The notes under the pieces were generated by a model, which saw only the letters and a list, made by a program, of their open reading frames with translations, ran no database searches and was not told the origin of the DNA. Positions 22,974-36,042 of a stretch of DNA of 64,000 nt are shown one piece after another. This DNA comes from Gekko japonicus (Eukaryota), in NCBI RefSeq assembly GCF_001447785.1, contig NW_015168098.1:126789-190788 (forward strand), written 5' to 3'. Position numbers and translations under genes: made by a program. Each line of letters opens with the position of its first letter. Position 1 is the first letter of the stretch.

Positions 22974-25900
22974 AGGAGGGGGGATTCTTCTGGCAAGCAC
23001 AATTTACATTGAGATTGCCTTGCTCTTCTATTTACTTTAAGACTTGGTCTCTCACACACACAGGCAAACACACACACACACAAGAGTTAAAAGGAAGGGG
23101 TGTGGCAAAGAGATGAGTTGGGATAAGGGGGAAGGAGAATTAAAAGGAAATTATTTTGGCTCATTCTGAATTTTTTCTCTCTGTGTGTCTATCTGTGTTT
23201 GTCTGTGATTAGGAATTAGAACACTAGGATTGGATTCCGTTGTTGGATTGGATTCCATTTCAATTCACCAAAGACAAAAGCAGGAAAATTAGATCTCAGT
23301 ATCTGGGAGACAAAGTTCATTTCAGTAAAACTGTACAAGATCTAATTTCATCTTACAAATCTACATGAAATATTGATGCTTTTCTCTGTTTTATTAGGTA
23401 AACTTGCGAACACATGGATAAAATATTTCCAGAGAATGAATTAGTTCTGGAATCTCCTGTCGTTGGGTGTAATGATGGCCAGTAGCTTAGGAGGCTTCCA
23501 AAGTAGAACAGGCAATTTAATGGAGGAGAGGCCCATCAATGACTACTTGCCATAACAATGAAATGGATCACTCTTAATATCAGTGCTAGGAAACAACTAC
23601 ACACAGAGACAGGCCTTAGCAACCATGTAATGGTTGTAGGGCTTTTGAAGTGCTTATTTAGAGGGCAAATACCCTGGGATTGTCCTCTCCTTCACAGTGG
23701 GTTTCCTGGGATGGGGGCATTTAAGCAATGGATTAGCTGGTCCTGTTGATATGATCCTGCCAGGTAATGCATTTTGAAAAAGTGTTCTTTTTTTGTACAA
23801 TGTGTTGGGTGGTAGTCACTATGACTACCAGGAACATGACATGATTGGCATTGGTGGGGGGGGGGAGGTCTGATCAGAGGAGAAGCCGAAGAGAAAATTT
23901 TTGAGCAATGCTTACCAGAAATTGAATCCCAAGCATCTTGTGTTCGAACTTTGGCTTGTTTGTGGTTCTTGCTCCTTTGGGAAGCTCTCCATGAAACACA
24001 ATGGGGGGGGGGGAACCCTGATGGGAATTAGTAGTTATGAGCACAAAAGAGATATCAGAAGTTACACTTTGGGTATCAAGAAGAAGAAAGAACAGCAAGA
24101 TCTTCTCTGAACCCTCCAAAGATAACACTTCATACCTCACCAGAACAGTGAGAAAGTCAATCGGAAAGCTGCACTCTGAATCAGCATGCTTCATCAGAAG
24201 AACACAGATCTTCAGTTTTGGGCTGAGTGCTAGATCTGTTACTACTTGTAATAGCAATTAGGATCTTTATATGATACCGGAAAGAGTTTTAACACCAATA
24301 TCAATCTTCCTGTTCCCTAAGACCTAGAACAGGAAATCTTTGGAAACTCCCATCCCTTGTCAGGTTGGTGACCAACATGGAGAGGATTTTCTTGCCCCCA
24401 AATTATTGTCAGCTTAAGCACCTGGGCTGTTTTCAGTAGCTTCAATGGACTACGTCAAGAGGCAAATTGTAATTAACTTGCCATTTCAGCAATGATGGCA
24501 TTCCATCCACCATCGTTTTCTCCATCAAATGGATTTATTGTTTGTTGGTTTGCTTTTGTAAATTGTATTTTAGTTTTGGCATGTGGAATGGTACAGTATA
24601 GTCCAATCTTATCAGATCTCAGAAGCTAAGTAGTGTTGGTACTTGCATAGGGGATGGCTGCCCACAGACTCTGCAGAGGAAGGCAATGGTAAACCATTTC
24701 TGCTTCACACTTGAACTGAAAGCCACTTGATGGGGTCATCATAAGTTGGTTGTGCCTTGTTGGCATGTACACCCATGTTGTAGCTTTAGTTATGTTTATA
24801 TCTTGGGAGTTGTTATACTGTACATTTTCTAAGCCATGAAAGTCATGAAAGATTGTGTAACATCCTCCAAAAGCATTTCTAATGATAGTACCGGGGGGGG
24901 GGGGTTCTTTTCTTTTGTGTGTGTGTGTGTGTTGACAGCCCATGTGGTATGGCGATTAGAGTGTCAGGTTAGGATACAGGAGATCTAGGTTCAAATCAAT
25001 CATAACTTTGGTCCACTTAAAGTTATATCATGCAAAAATATGTAAAAAGATAAACTCATATTGTTATATAGGTTATAAGTGTGCTTTATCCCAAATATAA
25101 AAGTAAGTATAGATTAATAGTAAGGATACATACACAACTACATATAAATCAGAAGTCAAAATCAAGTTTCTAAGATGTCCATTCCAAAGGCTTGAAAAAT
25201 CTGACATTCCCAATTTCCTCCCGACTTCATCAGGGTGATGACGCTTGTAGCAAGTAAGGATCCACACCTAACAAGCTATCGATAAAACCTGTTTCGAAGT
25301 TCTCTTTCTCAAGAGCTAGCAATTCTTCAAAGCTGATGATCTTTCTACAAATGGAATCAATTTTGGCAGGTAATAAGGTACATTAATGATGGGATGCAGC
25401 TGCCTCCAGATTTTGATTCTTCGGCATTGATGTACTCCCACAACAGGCTCAGCGTTCTAACTTTGGTCCAGCCACCCTCTCTCAGCCTAATCTATCTACC
25501 ACACAGTGTTGTTGCGAGGATAAATCAGAGGATGGGAGAACCTTGGATGCTGTCCTCAGCCTCTTGGAGGGAGGCTGGGATAAAAACTTACCAGGTAGGA
25601 GGGAGCTGTGGTAGGCGCAGCTCATATTCGGCCTAGTTTCTCTTTGCCATTCAAAAATGTTACCAACCAGAGGGAAGGCTTTGCCTTATAGAGGATGGGT
25701 TACTATCTCCTCAAGACAGGACTCATGCCACATTCTCTCATTACAGTGTAGAGCAGCCCACATCGACACTTGGCATTGTGGCTTCCATTTTAATTATTTC
25801 AGTGTAAGTTCAGATTTAACAACAGCCATCGGATCCAAGACTGTTGGTGGTTGAAAGGGTTGTCAAGTATTATTTATTTATTTATTTACATTCGACTTTA

Positions 25901-26207
25901 TATCCCGCCCAAACCCCCTTGTCTAGGGGGTCTCTGAGCGGCTTACAGGTCGGTGCTAGTCACCATTTTTATTCCTAACTAGGGCCACACACATTTTGGG
26001 GTGGGGGAACCTACCAGCACCCCTTTGGTGGTGGTTGGTGTTGGTCTTCTTTTTCCATTGGCTCCGGTATTGGCGGGGTTTATTAGGGTTTTCAAGACGA
26101 GAGAAAAACAGAGGTGGTATACTATTGCCCACCACTTCATAGAGACTGTGGACCTCCCTGGTGGTCTCCCATCGAAGTACTAACCAAGGCCAACTTTGCT
26201 TAGCTTC

Positions 26208-26513
26208 ACTGTCACAAGAGGTAGTTGCGGCTACAAGCACGGACAGCTTCAAGAGGGAATTGGATAAACATATGGAGCAGAGGTCCCTCAGTGGCTGTTA
26301 GCCACAAGGTATAGATAGGAACTCTTGGTCTAGGGCAAGTGATGCTCTGCATTCTTGGTGCGGGGTGGAGGAACAGTGGGAGGGCTTCTAGTGTCCTGGC
26401 ACCACTGGTGGACCTCCTGATGGCACCTGGTGTTTTTGGCCACTGTGTAACAGAGGGTTGGGCTGAATGGGCCACTGGCCTGATCCAACATTGGCTTCTC
26501 TTATGTTCTTATG
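26208..26513 (+). mobile_element. CR1 3' fragment
   Basis: Homologous to 17020-17321; (TTCTTATG)n tail. Confidence 0.9.
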
Positions 26514-26860
26514 AGCTCTGACCAGATTGGGTTAGCCTTGACCATCTATGGGAGGGCTGATTTTCTCTCTACCTGACCTTCCTCACGTGGTTGTGAGCAC
26601 AAAATGGAGCAGAGAATGGCGTATACCATCCTGTTTAATTGTTTAACTGGCATGGTATTGTGCATTCTCTCTCTCAATCGATTTTTGTCTTTTCTGGCTT
26701 TTCCTTGCAAATAAATCTCAGTATTTATGTAGATACCTGTCAAAGTATCATCTGTCCTATATAATCCAGTTAACGTCTCTAATGATTGCACTACAAACTG
26801 TGCTTCTTTGTTGTCTTCGGCACCCCCTGACAGTCATTTTTTTTTTCAGAAGCTTTCCAA

Positions 26861-27829
26861 ATGTTTGAGGCAAACGAAACCATCAGCAAAGTCAATGAAT
26901 TTATTTTGCTAGGATTCGCTGTCGTCTGGCAGGTGGAAATCGTCTTCTTTGCAGTGCTGCTTGTTGTCTACCTGCTTACCGTCATGGGAAATGTGGTCAT
27001 CATTACAGCCACTTGGGTAGACCATCGACTTCACAGTCCCATGTATTTCTTCCTGTGCAACCTCTCCTTCCTGGATGCCATGGTGGCCACAGCCATTGCT
27101 CCCAAGATGATGAGGGACTTCTTATCCACGAAGAAGACCATCTCCGTGTCCGGCTGCATCTCTCAGTGTTACTTCTACTTCTTTCTTGGCACCACTGAAT
27201 TCATCCTCTTGGCTGTCATGTCCTTGGACCGGTATGTTGCAATCTGCAATCCACTTCGCTATTCCACCATTATGAATGTACGCTTGACAACCCAGTTGCT
27301 GCTTGTGTCTTGGGTCGGGGGATTCCTTTCTGTCCTTTCTCCTATCATCATAATCTCTATGCTGCCTTTCTGTGGTCCCAATATTATCGACCATTTCTTC
27401 TGTGACATTGAGCCCCTGATCAGGCTCTCTTGTGCTGACACTTCCCTCCTGGAGATGATAGAGTTTTCTCTGTCTACTGTTGTGCTGTTGAGCTCTCTGA
27501 TGTTGACAGTGGTCTCCTACATCTACATCATCACCACAATCCTCCGCATCTCGTCCAGCACAGGCCGGAAGAAAACCTTCTCCACTTGTGCCTCCCACAT
27601 CACGGTGGCCTCTGTCTTCTACGGGAGTGCCATTTTCATGTACATAGTGCCCAACAAAGGGTTTTCCTTTGGCCTCAAGAAAGCAGTGACCCTCCAGACC
27701 TGTGTCATCACCCACTTGCTGAATCCCTTCATCTATACCCTAAGGAACCAGCAAGTCAAAGAGGTGCTAAAGGATGCTGTGTCTCGACTCTCAGCCACCA
27801 AGAGGCAGCTGAAGAAAAACTCTGGTTAA
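26861..27829 (+). CDS. Olfactory receptor, class II, family-6-like, intact (322 aa)
   Basis: NET glycosylation site, LHSPMYFFLCNLS, MSLDRYVAICNPLRY, HFFCD, KTFSTCASH, LLNPFIYTLRN; acceptor (T)n-CAG just upstream. Confidence 0.97.
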   Translation: MFEANETISKVNEFILLGFAVVWQVEIVFFAVLLVVYLLTVMGNVVIITATWVDHRLHSPMYFFLCNLSFLDAMVATAIAPKMMRDFLSTKKTISVSGCISQCYFYFFLGTTEFILLAVMSLDRYVAICNPLRYSTIMNVRLTTQLLLVSWVGGFLSVLSPIIIISMLPFCGPNIIDHFFCDIEPLIRLSCADTSLLEMIEFSLSTVVLLSSLMLTVVSYIYIITTILRISSSTGRKKTFSTCASHITVASVFYGSAIFMYIVPNKGFSFGLKKAVTLQTCVITHLLNPFIYTLRNQQVKEVLKDAVSRLSATKRQLKKNSG

Positions 27830-28263
27830 CTTCTGGGTGCTGGTGACATCTCTTTCAGTGGGAGGAGAAGTATGACAATGACCATCACTCGAAAGAGAAA
27901 AGGGAGCTCCAGCACATAGGTGTTGGGTTAGGGATGCGTCCACATGGAGGGTTTTATCTGCATTTGTTTCCAAACTACAGAGGAGTTGTGGGGGTCGGGT
28001 ATCCACATCAACCTTGGATCATTCAACTTTTTACGTTTTCCCAAGTGTTTGATATGTCCACTCTCAAATCTAGTTTGGTGTGATCTTACCAGAAGGAACA
28101 TAGACCAAGCTCATTAGCTAGCTGTCTGAATGGGGAACTGCATTTTTACAAAGGTCCTGTCCACATTTGCACCATTTTCCTCCCTGGAGGAAGTTTAAGG
28201 TTTGTGTGTATTAATCAGTAATTGAAATTACGAAGTAGTGTAATGACATTTTAATGATCTATT

Positions 28264-28564
28264 GAAGAAGAAGAAGAAGAAGAGAGTGGATTTATACCCC
28301 ACCCTTTATGTAGAGCAGCTTACAGTCTCCTTCCCTTCCTCTCCCCATAACAGACACCCTGTGAGGTAGGTGGGGTTGAGAGAGCTCTTTCAGGGACTGC
28401 TCTTGAGAGAACAGCTCTGAGACGACTCACTTAGTTCAGTTACCTTTACTGGCATTGACATGGCCCAGTATCACCCAGAAGCTGCGTGTGGAGGAGTGGA
28501 GAATCAAACCTGGTTCTCCCAGATTAGAGTCCATATTCCTAACCACTATACCAAACTGGGTCTC
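28264..28564 (-). mobile_element. tRNA-derived SINE (Squam3-like)
   Basis: Homologous to 18755-19031. Confidence 0.85.
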
Positions 28565-28804
28565 TAGTACCATGATCCATTACCTTATTTAACTGAAAGG
28601 AAGACTAGGGTTGGTTGGTTGGTTCATTGATATGTTGGTTGGTTTCCCCCCATCATCAAGAAAAATAGAGGGTTGTTTTAAATGCACATACAAGCTACAT
28701 GTACATAAGATTGTGTTTGTGTGTGTGTGTGTGTGTAACCTTGTTTTAGGAGGGCTGTCTTTCACTGGGGATCATCTTCTTTTTTGGTAGTTCCTCCAGG
28801 TTCC

Positions 28805-29017
28805 CAGCTTTTATCAGCTGGTGTTGGAAAGTGCCGTCGAGTCACAGCTGACTTATGGCGACCTCGTAGGGCTTTCAAGGCAAGAGACCTTCAGAGGTGG
28901 TTTGCCATGACCTGCCTCTGCATCACAACCCTGGTATTCCCTGGAGGTCTCCAATCCAAATCCTAGCTGGGGCTGACCCTGCTTATCTTCTGAGATCTGA
29001 TGAGATCAGGCTAGCCT
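28805..29017 (-). mobile_element. 5S rRNA-derived SINE
   Basis: Reverse complement of the 20162 family. Confidence 0.75.
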
Positions 29018-30121
29018 GTAAAAAAAAATCTAATTTTTTAAAAAAATCTGGGAACTAGGAAAAAATGAAATATAGATGGACTAATAAAGCATGCCAATAA
29101 GATCATTATAAGGAACATAGTGCATAACTAACAGGGTTTGTTTGTTTTTTAATCTCCAAAAATGATGGCTGGTAGTGTAGGATAATGCATCAAAAGTTCT
29201 CATGTGGACATTCAATTGGCCATGTGGATGCTTCTGTACTCATGGGGGTGATGACAAGAAATGGATATATGTATGAAGCCTGTGTCATGTCCTCCATGAT
29301 TTTCTAATAACAATAGATTGGCACAGTAATGAGATAATATGGAGAACAAGAAAAACTGTGAGAAAGTGACGCTTAATATATGTCTTTAAAGAATCATAGA
29401 AAAGTGAACAAAAATAATATATATAATCATAGAAAAATATATATTGGCGGTGATCTCCGGAATGTCTTGCCGTTTCAAAGGAAGATCTTCTTCTGAACAA
29501 AGATGTGGGACAAAAACTGTCTCTCAATAGTTCATATCCCCTGGTGACGTCTCACAATTATCAAAGAAGATTTTCAAAAATCATACCAGCTGTAATGTAT
29601 TGTAGAACCTGCAGTAGAAACAGAAAATAATAGAAGCCATAATATCAAAGCCTGGAATGAGACCAATCTATCAGGACCAACTTGTTCAAAAGTCTTCTGG
29701 AAGAGGATGGTCTTTAAGGCCATCGATGAGGGGGCTAATCAGGCCTCTGAGAGCAGGAATCCACCCTTTGGGGACTTTGCCTGGTAGGGCCCTTTCCTAC
29801 ATGCTCACCAGCCTCTCCTCATTTAAGACTGGCATTCCTAGGAGGCCAAAAGGTGGGCAGGTACACATGGGCTCTGTCAGTCTCCTCGGGTATCCTGCCC
29901 CGGTTCTGGGCCACTTAGGGCTTCAAAGGTCAGTGGCAGCACTTAGTTTGTCCTGCATGCTGTTTTCTATATCAATTGATGTTCCTGAACCATTTTTAGA
30001 GTGGCTCAGAGTCAGAGCACCTTTTGTGTGTGTGTGTTCATACGGTGCTGGATTCAGTCCCCACCATCTCCAGTTAAAAGTTTTGCATTATTAGGTGATA
30101 TGAAAGACCTCTATCGGAGGC

Positions 30122-30946
30122 TGTCATGGCTCAGGTGGGGTGTCACCTGACGCTGCCACCGCTCTGGTTTTAGGATCCCTTGAGAAGGCCCAGAGCACCC
30201 TCTCAAGACCTTCAGACCTCCCTTATTTGGCTGAATAATAGGTGTGAGGACCAGGTAGAGTAAACAACAAGGAGAAGGTTTATATTTACAGGAGGTCAGC
30301 CTAATATGGGAAACAAACAAGGTGCAAGAACAATATCAGTAAATCAGGGCTCTTTTTGTAGAAAAAGCCCAGCAGGAACTCATTAGCATAATAGGCCACA
30401 CCCAGCAACAGGAACTCATTAGCATATTGGGCCACACCCCTGACAGCATATTGGGCCACACACTCCTAATGTAGCCAATCCTAATGAGTTTCTGCTGTTG
30501 GGTGTGGCCTATTATGCTAATGAGTTCCTGCTGGGCGTGGCCAACTTGGGAGCCAGCCGGAACTCCATTCCTGTGCGTTCCTGCCCAAAAATAGCCCTGT
30601 CAGTAATGTGTGAAAACAAAAGAGATCAAATGCCCTAACACATCTAAACGTACTGTCCCTAGCTCACTGTCTCAAGTGGACCTCGCCTCAGTCTGCTCAA
30701 CCTTCCTCTCAGGATGAGGGTCTCTTCCCTGCAGCAGCCTTCCCTCTGGCTCTGCCCTCTTGGAAGAAAGAACAGCTCTTTTTCTGTACCAACTCTTTAA
30801 TTATAAGTCCCCTTTCTCTGTGACTGACTAAAATTGGTGCCAAAATCTCTCAGGGGCTTCTGGGAGTTGTAGGCCTGGCTCCTCCCACTGTTAGTCAGGC
30901 TCCTAAGGCCTGCTAGGCCTCTAGTTGCGCAGCCCAGATCATGACA
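30122..30946. mobile_element. Solo LTR (Gypsy-like)
   Basis: Termini TGTCATG...CATGACA; perfect 5-bp TSD GAGGC at 30117-30121 and 30947-30951. Confidence 0.88.
30345..30599. mobile_element. hAT MITE nested in the solo LTR
   Basis: TIR CAGGGCT.TTTTTG / AAAAATAGCCCTG; TSD TCAGTA(A)AT. Confidence 0.85.
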
Positions 30947-31407
30947 GAGGCCCTGAAGACTTACTTTCAGATGGAGTCGACAATACTTACCTTGATAGAC
31001 CAAATGGTCTGATTCAATAAAAGGGCTTCATGAATTCAAAGACAGAGTCCAAGCGATCTCATTACAGTAGTCAAAACTGGATGCTCCTAAAGCATAAGGC
31101 CTGATCTACTGTAGATAAGAGCAGCTGGAGCTGATGGACAAGGCTAACCTGAAAACTGGCACTCCTGGCTACGTTTCTCAAGCAGAAGGGCCAAATCCAG
31201 GTGTATCCCAGAGTTGCAGACCTTCTGTTTCAGCAGAGTGCTAATCCATCCAGAACTGACTTTAGCTCTGAGCCTGGATGGGCTTTGCCTTCAGCCAGAA
31301 GTACTTCCATCCTGTCCAGATTAAGCTTCAGTTTGGGTCCCCACATCTAAGCCTTCAATGCCTCCAGATGCAGTTCTACTGCATCACTGGGATGAGATAG
31401 GAAAGGA

Positions 31408-31803
31408 CAGGGCTTTTTTTGTAGAAAAAGCCCAGCAGGAACTAATTAGCATAATAGGTCACACCCAACAGCTGAAACTCATTAGCATATCAGGCCACAG
31501 CCTGACACCACAGCTCATTAGCATATTAGGGCGCAGCCCCGTGTTGCCAGAAGTGTGGTCATCCAGCCACACCCACCTTTTGCTTCTTATTCTGTTTACC
31601 TTGTTTGTTGTCAAAACCCAGGGCCTTTTTTTGTAGCAGGGACTCCTTTGCATGTTAGGCCACACATGCCTACTGTAGCCAATCCTAATGAGTTTCTGCT
31701 GTTGGGTCTGGCCTATTATGCTAATGAGTTCCTGCTGGGTGTGGTCAACTCAGGAGCCAGCCGGAACTCCGTTCCTGTGCGTTCCTACCCAAAAATAGCC
31801 CTG
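31408..31803. mobile_element. Composite hAT MITE (same family as 30345-30599) with a second internal 5' TIR at ~31619
   Basis: Perfect 8-bp TSD GGAAAGGA; tandem CTCATTAGCATA..GGCCACACC subterminal repeats. Confidence 0.88.
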
Positions 31804-31890
31804 GGAAAGGAGAGAGAGAGAGTTGTGGGCCATCAGATTTTGACAGCACTGGATCCTATGAGTCTCTTCGACAAGGTTGGATCTGATGGC

Positions 31891-32105
31891 TAGGGTTGCC
31901 AACCTCCAGGTGAGGCCTGGAGATCTCCCCAAATTCCAACTTCTCTGCAGACCACTGAGATCAGTACCTGGAGGAAATGTCTGCTTTCAAGGGTGTACTT
32001 TATGGCCTTATACCCCCTCAGCTCCCTCCCCTCCCCAAATCCCACCCTCTCCTGGCTTCACCCCCAAATCTCCAGGAATTTCCCAGCCCAGATTTGGCAG
32101 GCCTA
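31891..32105. mobile_element. hAT (Tip100-like) MITE
   Basis: TAGGGTTGCCAA ... TTGGCAGGCCTA termini; related bodies at ~18003-18165, ~22445-22590 and ~58325-59314. Confidence 0.7.
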
Positions 32106-32353
32106 TCTACTACAGCCTTCCACCAAGTCTTCCTCAACAACTAAAGACCTTTCTCCATCAGGAAAAGCCATTTTCCACTGCAGGAAGTCTTTCTCTGTAG
32201 AAGAGTATCATAGGATTCAAGTTAGTGGAAGGGAATACAAAAAAAAAAATCCCCATATCACTGGCTGATCAGTGTCAGAGGACATGTTTTCAAAACACAT
32301 CCCAACAAATACTGAAGAACAAAATCTATGGAGAAGAACTTTAAGGAAACTTT

Positions 32354-32530
32354 TGTTGTTGTTCAGTCGCACAGTCGAGTCCGACTCTTCGCGACCCCAT
32401 GGACCAGATCACGCCAGGCCTTCCGGTCTTCCGCCGTCCTCTGAAGTTGGCTCAACTTCATGTTCGTTGCATCTATGACACTGTCTAACCATCTCATCCT
32501 TTGCCGTCCCCATCTTCTTTGACCTTCAAG
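32354..32530 (-). mobile_element. Bov-B 3' fragment
   Basis: EGQRRWGRQRMRWLDSVID; (CAA)n tail. Confidence 0.9.
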
Positions 32531-32892
32531 ATTGGCCATCTCATAAAAGATACATGAAAGAACTATGGAAATATCAAGCCAGAAATAATATAGTAGCAAC
32601 ATATATCTTCAGATGCATAATAAATATTGTGCTCCTTAAAGAACCTGAGCGAATGTCCCTTGTGTACTATCAACAGCAAGAAGATCACCTCCATTGGGCT
32701 TTGCAAAGGGACATGATTAGGAACCCAATGAATGGATCAGATTGCTTCCATACATACTCCTGATGCAAAGAGACGGATAAATGGTTACTGTAAAGGGGCA
32801 GCTTTTCCAGCTTTGTGAGCTAAGAAACCAAGTAATCTGCTAAAACACCTTCAGGATTCAGAAAGGTACAGGCTCAGAAAACTGATGTACAG

Positions 32893-32990
32893 AGTAGAAC
32901 AAACTTTGAGTCCAGTGGGGACACCTTTAAGACCAACAGACGTTTATTCAAGGTATGAGCTTTCATGTGCATGGCACACTTCCTCCGATG
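32893..32990 (-). mobile_element. Short Penelope-derived repeat with decayed hammerhead motif
   Basis: Minus: cggaggaa-gtgtgccatgcacat-gaaagctcatacc. Confidence 0.65.
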
Positions 32991-33577
32991 TAAAGAGTGA
33001 TTTTGTTGATTCACTTTGTTCTGAAAGAGAGGAGAGTCAATTTCTTCCCACTGATTTCTGTAACTTAAAACTCTTATTTGTGTGTGGCAAATTTTTGCCA
33101 TCAGGGGGGTAACATTGCAAATGTCTGTCCCTTGTGGAGATTATAGGAGCTTGCTTGCATATGCAGGCATAAAAACATAGGGTTAGATTTAGCCAGATTT
33201 CTGTCACACAAGCCTGCCCAATTCCCCTCTGTGCTACATCTCATGGGCCTTTTACATGCAGGTCCTCTGATCCCCAGGGTAGCATTTTGGGTTGGGCAGA
33301 CAGAACCCCTCATTTCAAAAGCAGAGAAGGTGGCGGGATCCAACCCTCTAGGCACAAGCGTGCAGGAGACCAGAACACCTGTGTCCTCTGTCAAAAATGG
33401 ACAGCGAGTGGTGAGTATTTTGAGTCTTAACAAGAAAGGGAATGGCTATAAAGTAAGCAAATAAAGAAATAAATAAAAGAGCTCACTTCTAAGTGGTGAA
33501 TCAGAATCACTCAGTGTATTATATTTTGTAGTGGAAAGGAGATTGCATTATACAATATACACTGTGTGTATGCCATA

Positions 33578-33893
33578 AGGTAAAGGTAAAGGTTTCCCTT
33601 GCTTGAAAGCCAGTTGAATCTGACTCTAGGGGGCGGTGCTCATCTCCGTTTCCAAGCCGAAGAGCCAACGCTGTCCAAAGACATTTCCATGGTCATGCGG
33701 CCAGCATGACTAAACACTAAAGTGCACAGAACGCTGTTACCTTCCTACCAAAGCGGGACCTATTTATCTACTTGCAATTTCTTGCTTTCGAACTGCTAGG
33801 TTGGCAGGAGCTGGGACCAGAGATTGGAGCTCACTCCATCACACAACACTCGGTTCTTGAACTGCCGAGCTACCAACCTTCCGGTCTGCAGCT
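33578..33893 (-). mobile_element. Sauria SINE
   Basis: (ACCTTT)n tail; homologous to 57732-58082. Confidence 0.9.
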
Positions 33894-34624
33894 AAGTTGT
33901 GTAAGCCACCCTAAGCTGGTTGTGTAAGTCGCCCTGAATTGGCTTTGCTGGGAGGGCGGGGGTAAAAATCTAATCTAATTAATCAATTAATTAAAAAAAC
34001 ACTGAGCGACCATGGCCCTGTGGCTGCCATAACAGTCTGCAAAATCAAAAAGGAGTCCAGGGGCACCTTAAAAACTAACAAAATGTATTCCAGCAGAAGT
34101 TTCAAAAAGCATAACAAGGCTGTAAGTCCATCAAGCTTATAATTATATAAACAGCAGGAAGAGGAGAGTGTTACAAAGAGAGACTGGTTTAAAACAAGGT
34201 GCAGTCCAAAGAGCCCGCTCAGACCATGTGTGTGAAACAATGAGTGGTTGTTAAAATATAAAACCTATATGGCGTGAACTAAAGCTCTTCCGCCAGGCTT
34301 ATGAGTAGGAGCCGCCACGGCCACTTACACCACCGCGCCTTTTTCGAGAGAGACCACTGCGGGGATTGGGCAACATCTTTCCGTCACCCCAGCCTTCCCC
34401 CCCCCAATATGCAAGATGTTAGGAGTCTTCATGTGCATCCGTTGAATTGATTTTAATCTGTTTTAAATCTGTATTATGTAATTTTGTATATTGAACGCAC
34501 TTAGTGCCCTATGTGAGCCGCCCTGAGCCCGCTCTCGGGGAGGGCGGGGTATAAATGCAATAAAATAAATAAACAAAATAAGGAGATACAACTGAAAGTT
34601 ACACTGGCATAGCTGTAGTAATTG

Positions 34625-34800
34625 CCCTGACCTCGATGACCCAAGCTAGCCCAATCTTGTCAGATTTCGGAAGCTAAGCACTCTCAGCCTTGGCTAGCAC
34701 TTGGACGGGAGACCGTGCGGACCACGTGTATCCATCTCTTACCTTGAAAACTCTATGGAGCCACCGTAAGACAACTGCAAACTGATGGCACTTAACACAC
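34625..34800 (+). mobile_element. 5S rRNA-derived SINE
   Basis: ccaatcttgtcagatttcggaagctaagca...ttggacgggagacc. Confidence 0.78.
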
Positions 34801-35009
34801 ACGGCTATAGTAACTAATACCTATAAGGCGTGGGAGAAGCAAGATGTTAGCACTTACAGTGGACAAGAAAGGATAGCTCCCTTTTAAGGCCTGCCTGAAA
34901 GACAGTGCTAAACTTCTTGATTTATTTTAGCATTTTGCCTTTTCACCCACACTTTGGAGTGCTAAATAGTGCCTGTAGAATCAGTTATGGGTTGTTGTTT
35001 TTGGGGGTA

Positions 35010-35045
<36 letters not shown>

Positions 35046-35049
35046 TGCT

Positions 35050-35257
35050 TGCATGCCTGGAAGTCATGGTGACTTCTGGTGACCCCTACTGGGGTTTGGA
35101 CATTTCTCAGACAGGTGGCTTGATACTGCCTGCCTCTGCGTCCTGAGCCCGGGACCTCCTTGGAAGTCTCCCTTCCAATTACCTGCCAGGGTCGGCGCTG
35201 CTCAGCTTCCAAGATCTGACAAGACTGGGCTTGCCTGGGCTATCCAGGTCAGGGCTA
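35050..35257 (-). mobile_element. 5S rRNA-derived SINE with (CA)n tail
   Basis: Reverse complement of ccctgacctggatagcccaggc...cagatcttggaagct. Confidence 0.78.
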
Positions 35258-35768
35258 GGATCGTTTATATTATGCCTTGAAAGATAAACTCTTCACCCAT
35301 TAGTTTCTCAGTGTGGAACTGAGAATTTTTTTTGGTTCCATTATTCCCTATGGGGACCATAGGATATAACGGAGAATTGTTCCGGGGTATCTGGTGCTCG
35401 GGTGGGGGGGAGTGTTTTTGAGGTAGAGGCATCAGATTTGTAGCATACCTGCTGGTGCCTCTCCTCAACTCCCCCCCCACCCCCAAATTTCAAAAAGATT
35501 AGACCAGGGAGTCTAATTCTATGGGCCTCTAATGAAGGTGCCCTAATCCTCCATTGAAACCAATGGAGGGGGGGAAAGGGTGTTTAAAGGGATTGTGCTG
35601 CCTTTAAATGTCTTCTCCAAGCCATGCAAGTGGTGCAACTCCAAAGGTGTTTTAAAAGACTGTGATCCCTTTAAACAGTTTCTCCACGCCCTTTAACTTT
35701 GACTATCCAGCAGTCCTGAAAAATCCCAAATATTTTCAAGATTTTCAGGGACTGGCCATTTTGGAATA

Positions 35769-36042
35769 AAGAAGAAGAAAAAGAAAAAGAGGAGGAGGAG
35801 GAGGGGATTGGATTTATACCCCGCCCTTTACTCAGAGTCTCAGAGTGGCTTACAAACTCCTTTCCATTCCCCTCCCCATAAAAGACACCCTGTAAGGTAG
35901 GTGGGGCTGAGAGAGCTCTTTCCAGAACTGCTCTGTCAAGGACAACTCTTGTCATCCAGCAGCCGCAAGTGGAGGAGTGGGGAAATCAAACCCAGTTCTC
36001 CCAGATTAGAGTCCACGCACTTAACCACTACACCAAACTGGC
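35769..36042 (-). mobile_element. tRNA-derived SINE (Squam3-like)
   Basis: Homologous to 18755-19031. Confidence 0.85.

Larger units (their letters stand above)
29690..31375 (-). mobile_element. Degraded L2-like LINE fragments interrupted by a solo LTR
   Basis: Decayed minus-strand LINE-like sequence either side of the LTR; recognised by general resemblance only. Confidence 0.4.

Noticed and set aside
25205-25315. Further hammerhead-like strings (minus CTGATGA...GAAA at ~25213-25232; also 2970 and ~29470-29500)
   Set aside because: Stems or the UH site cannot be formed convincingly; at most decayed Penelope remnants
27122-27715. 197-aa antisense ORF and similar ORFs overlapping ORs
   Set aside because: Shadow frames of OR codon usage; no recognisable domain
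30378-30545. CRISPR-like spaced repeats
   Set aside because: Eukaryotic MITE subterminal repeats bounded by TIRs and TSD; no unique spacers or cas genes
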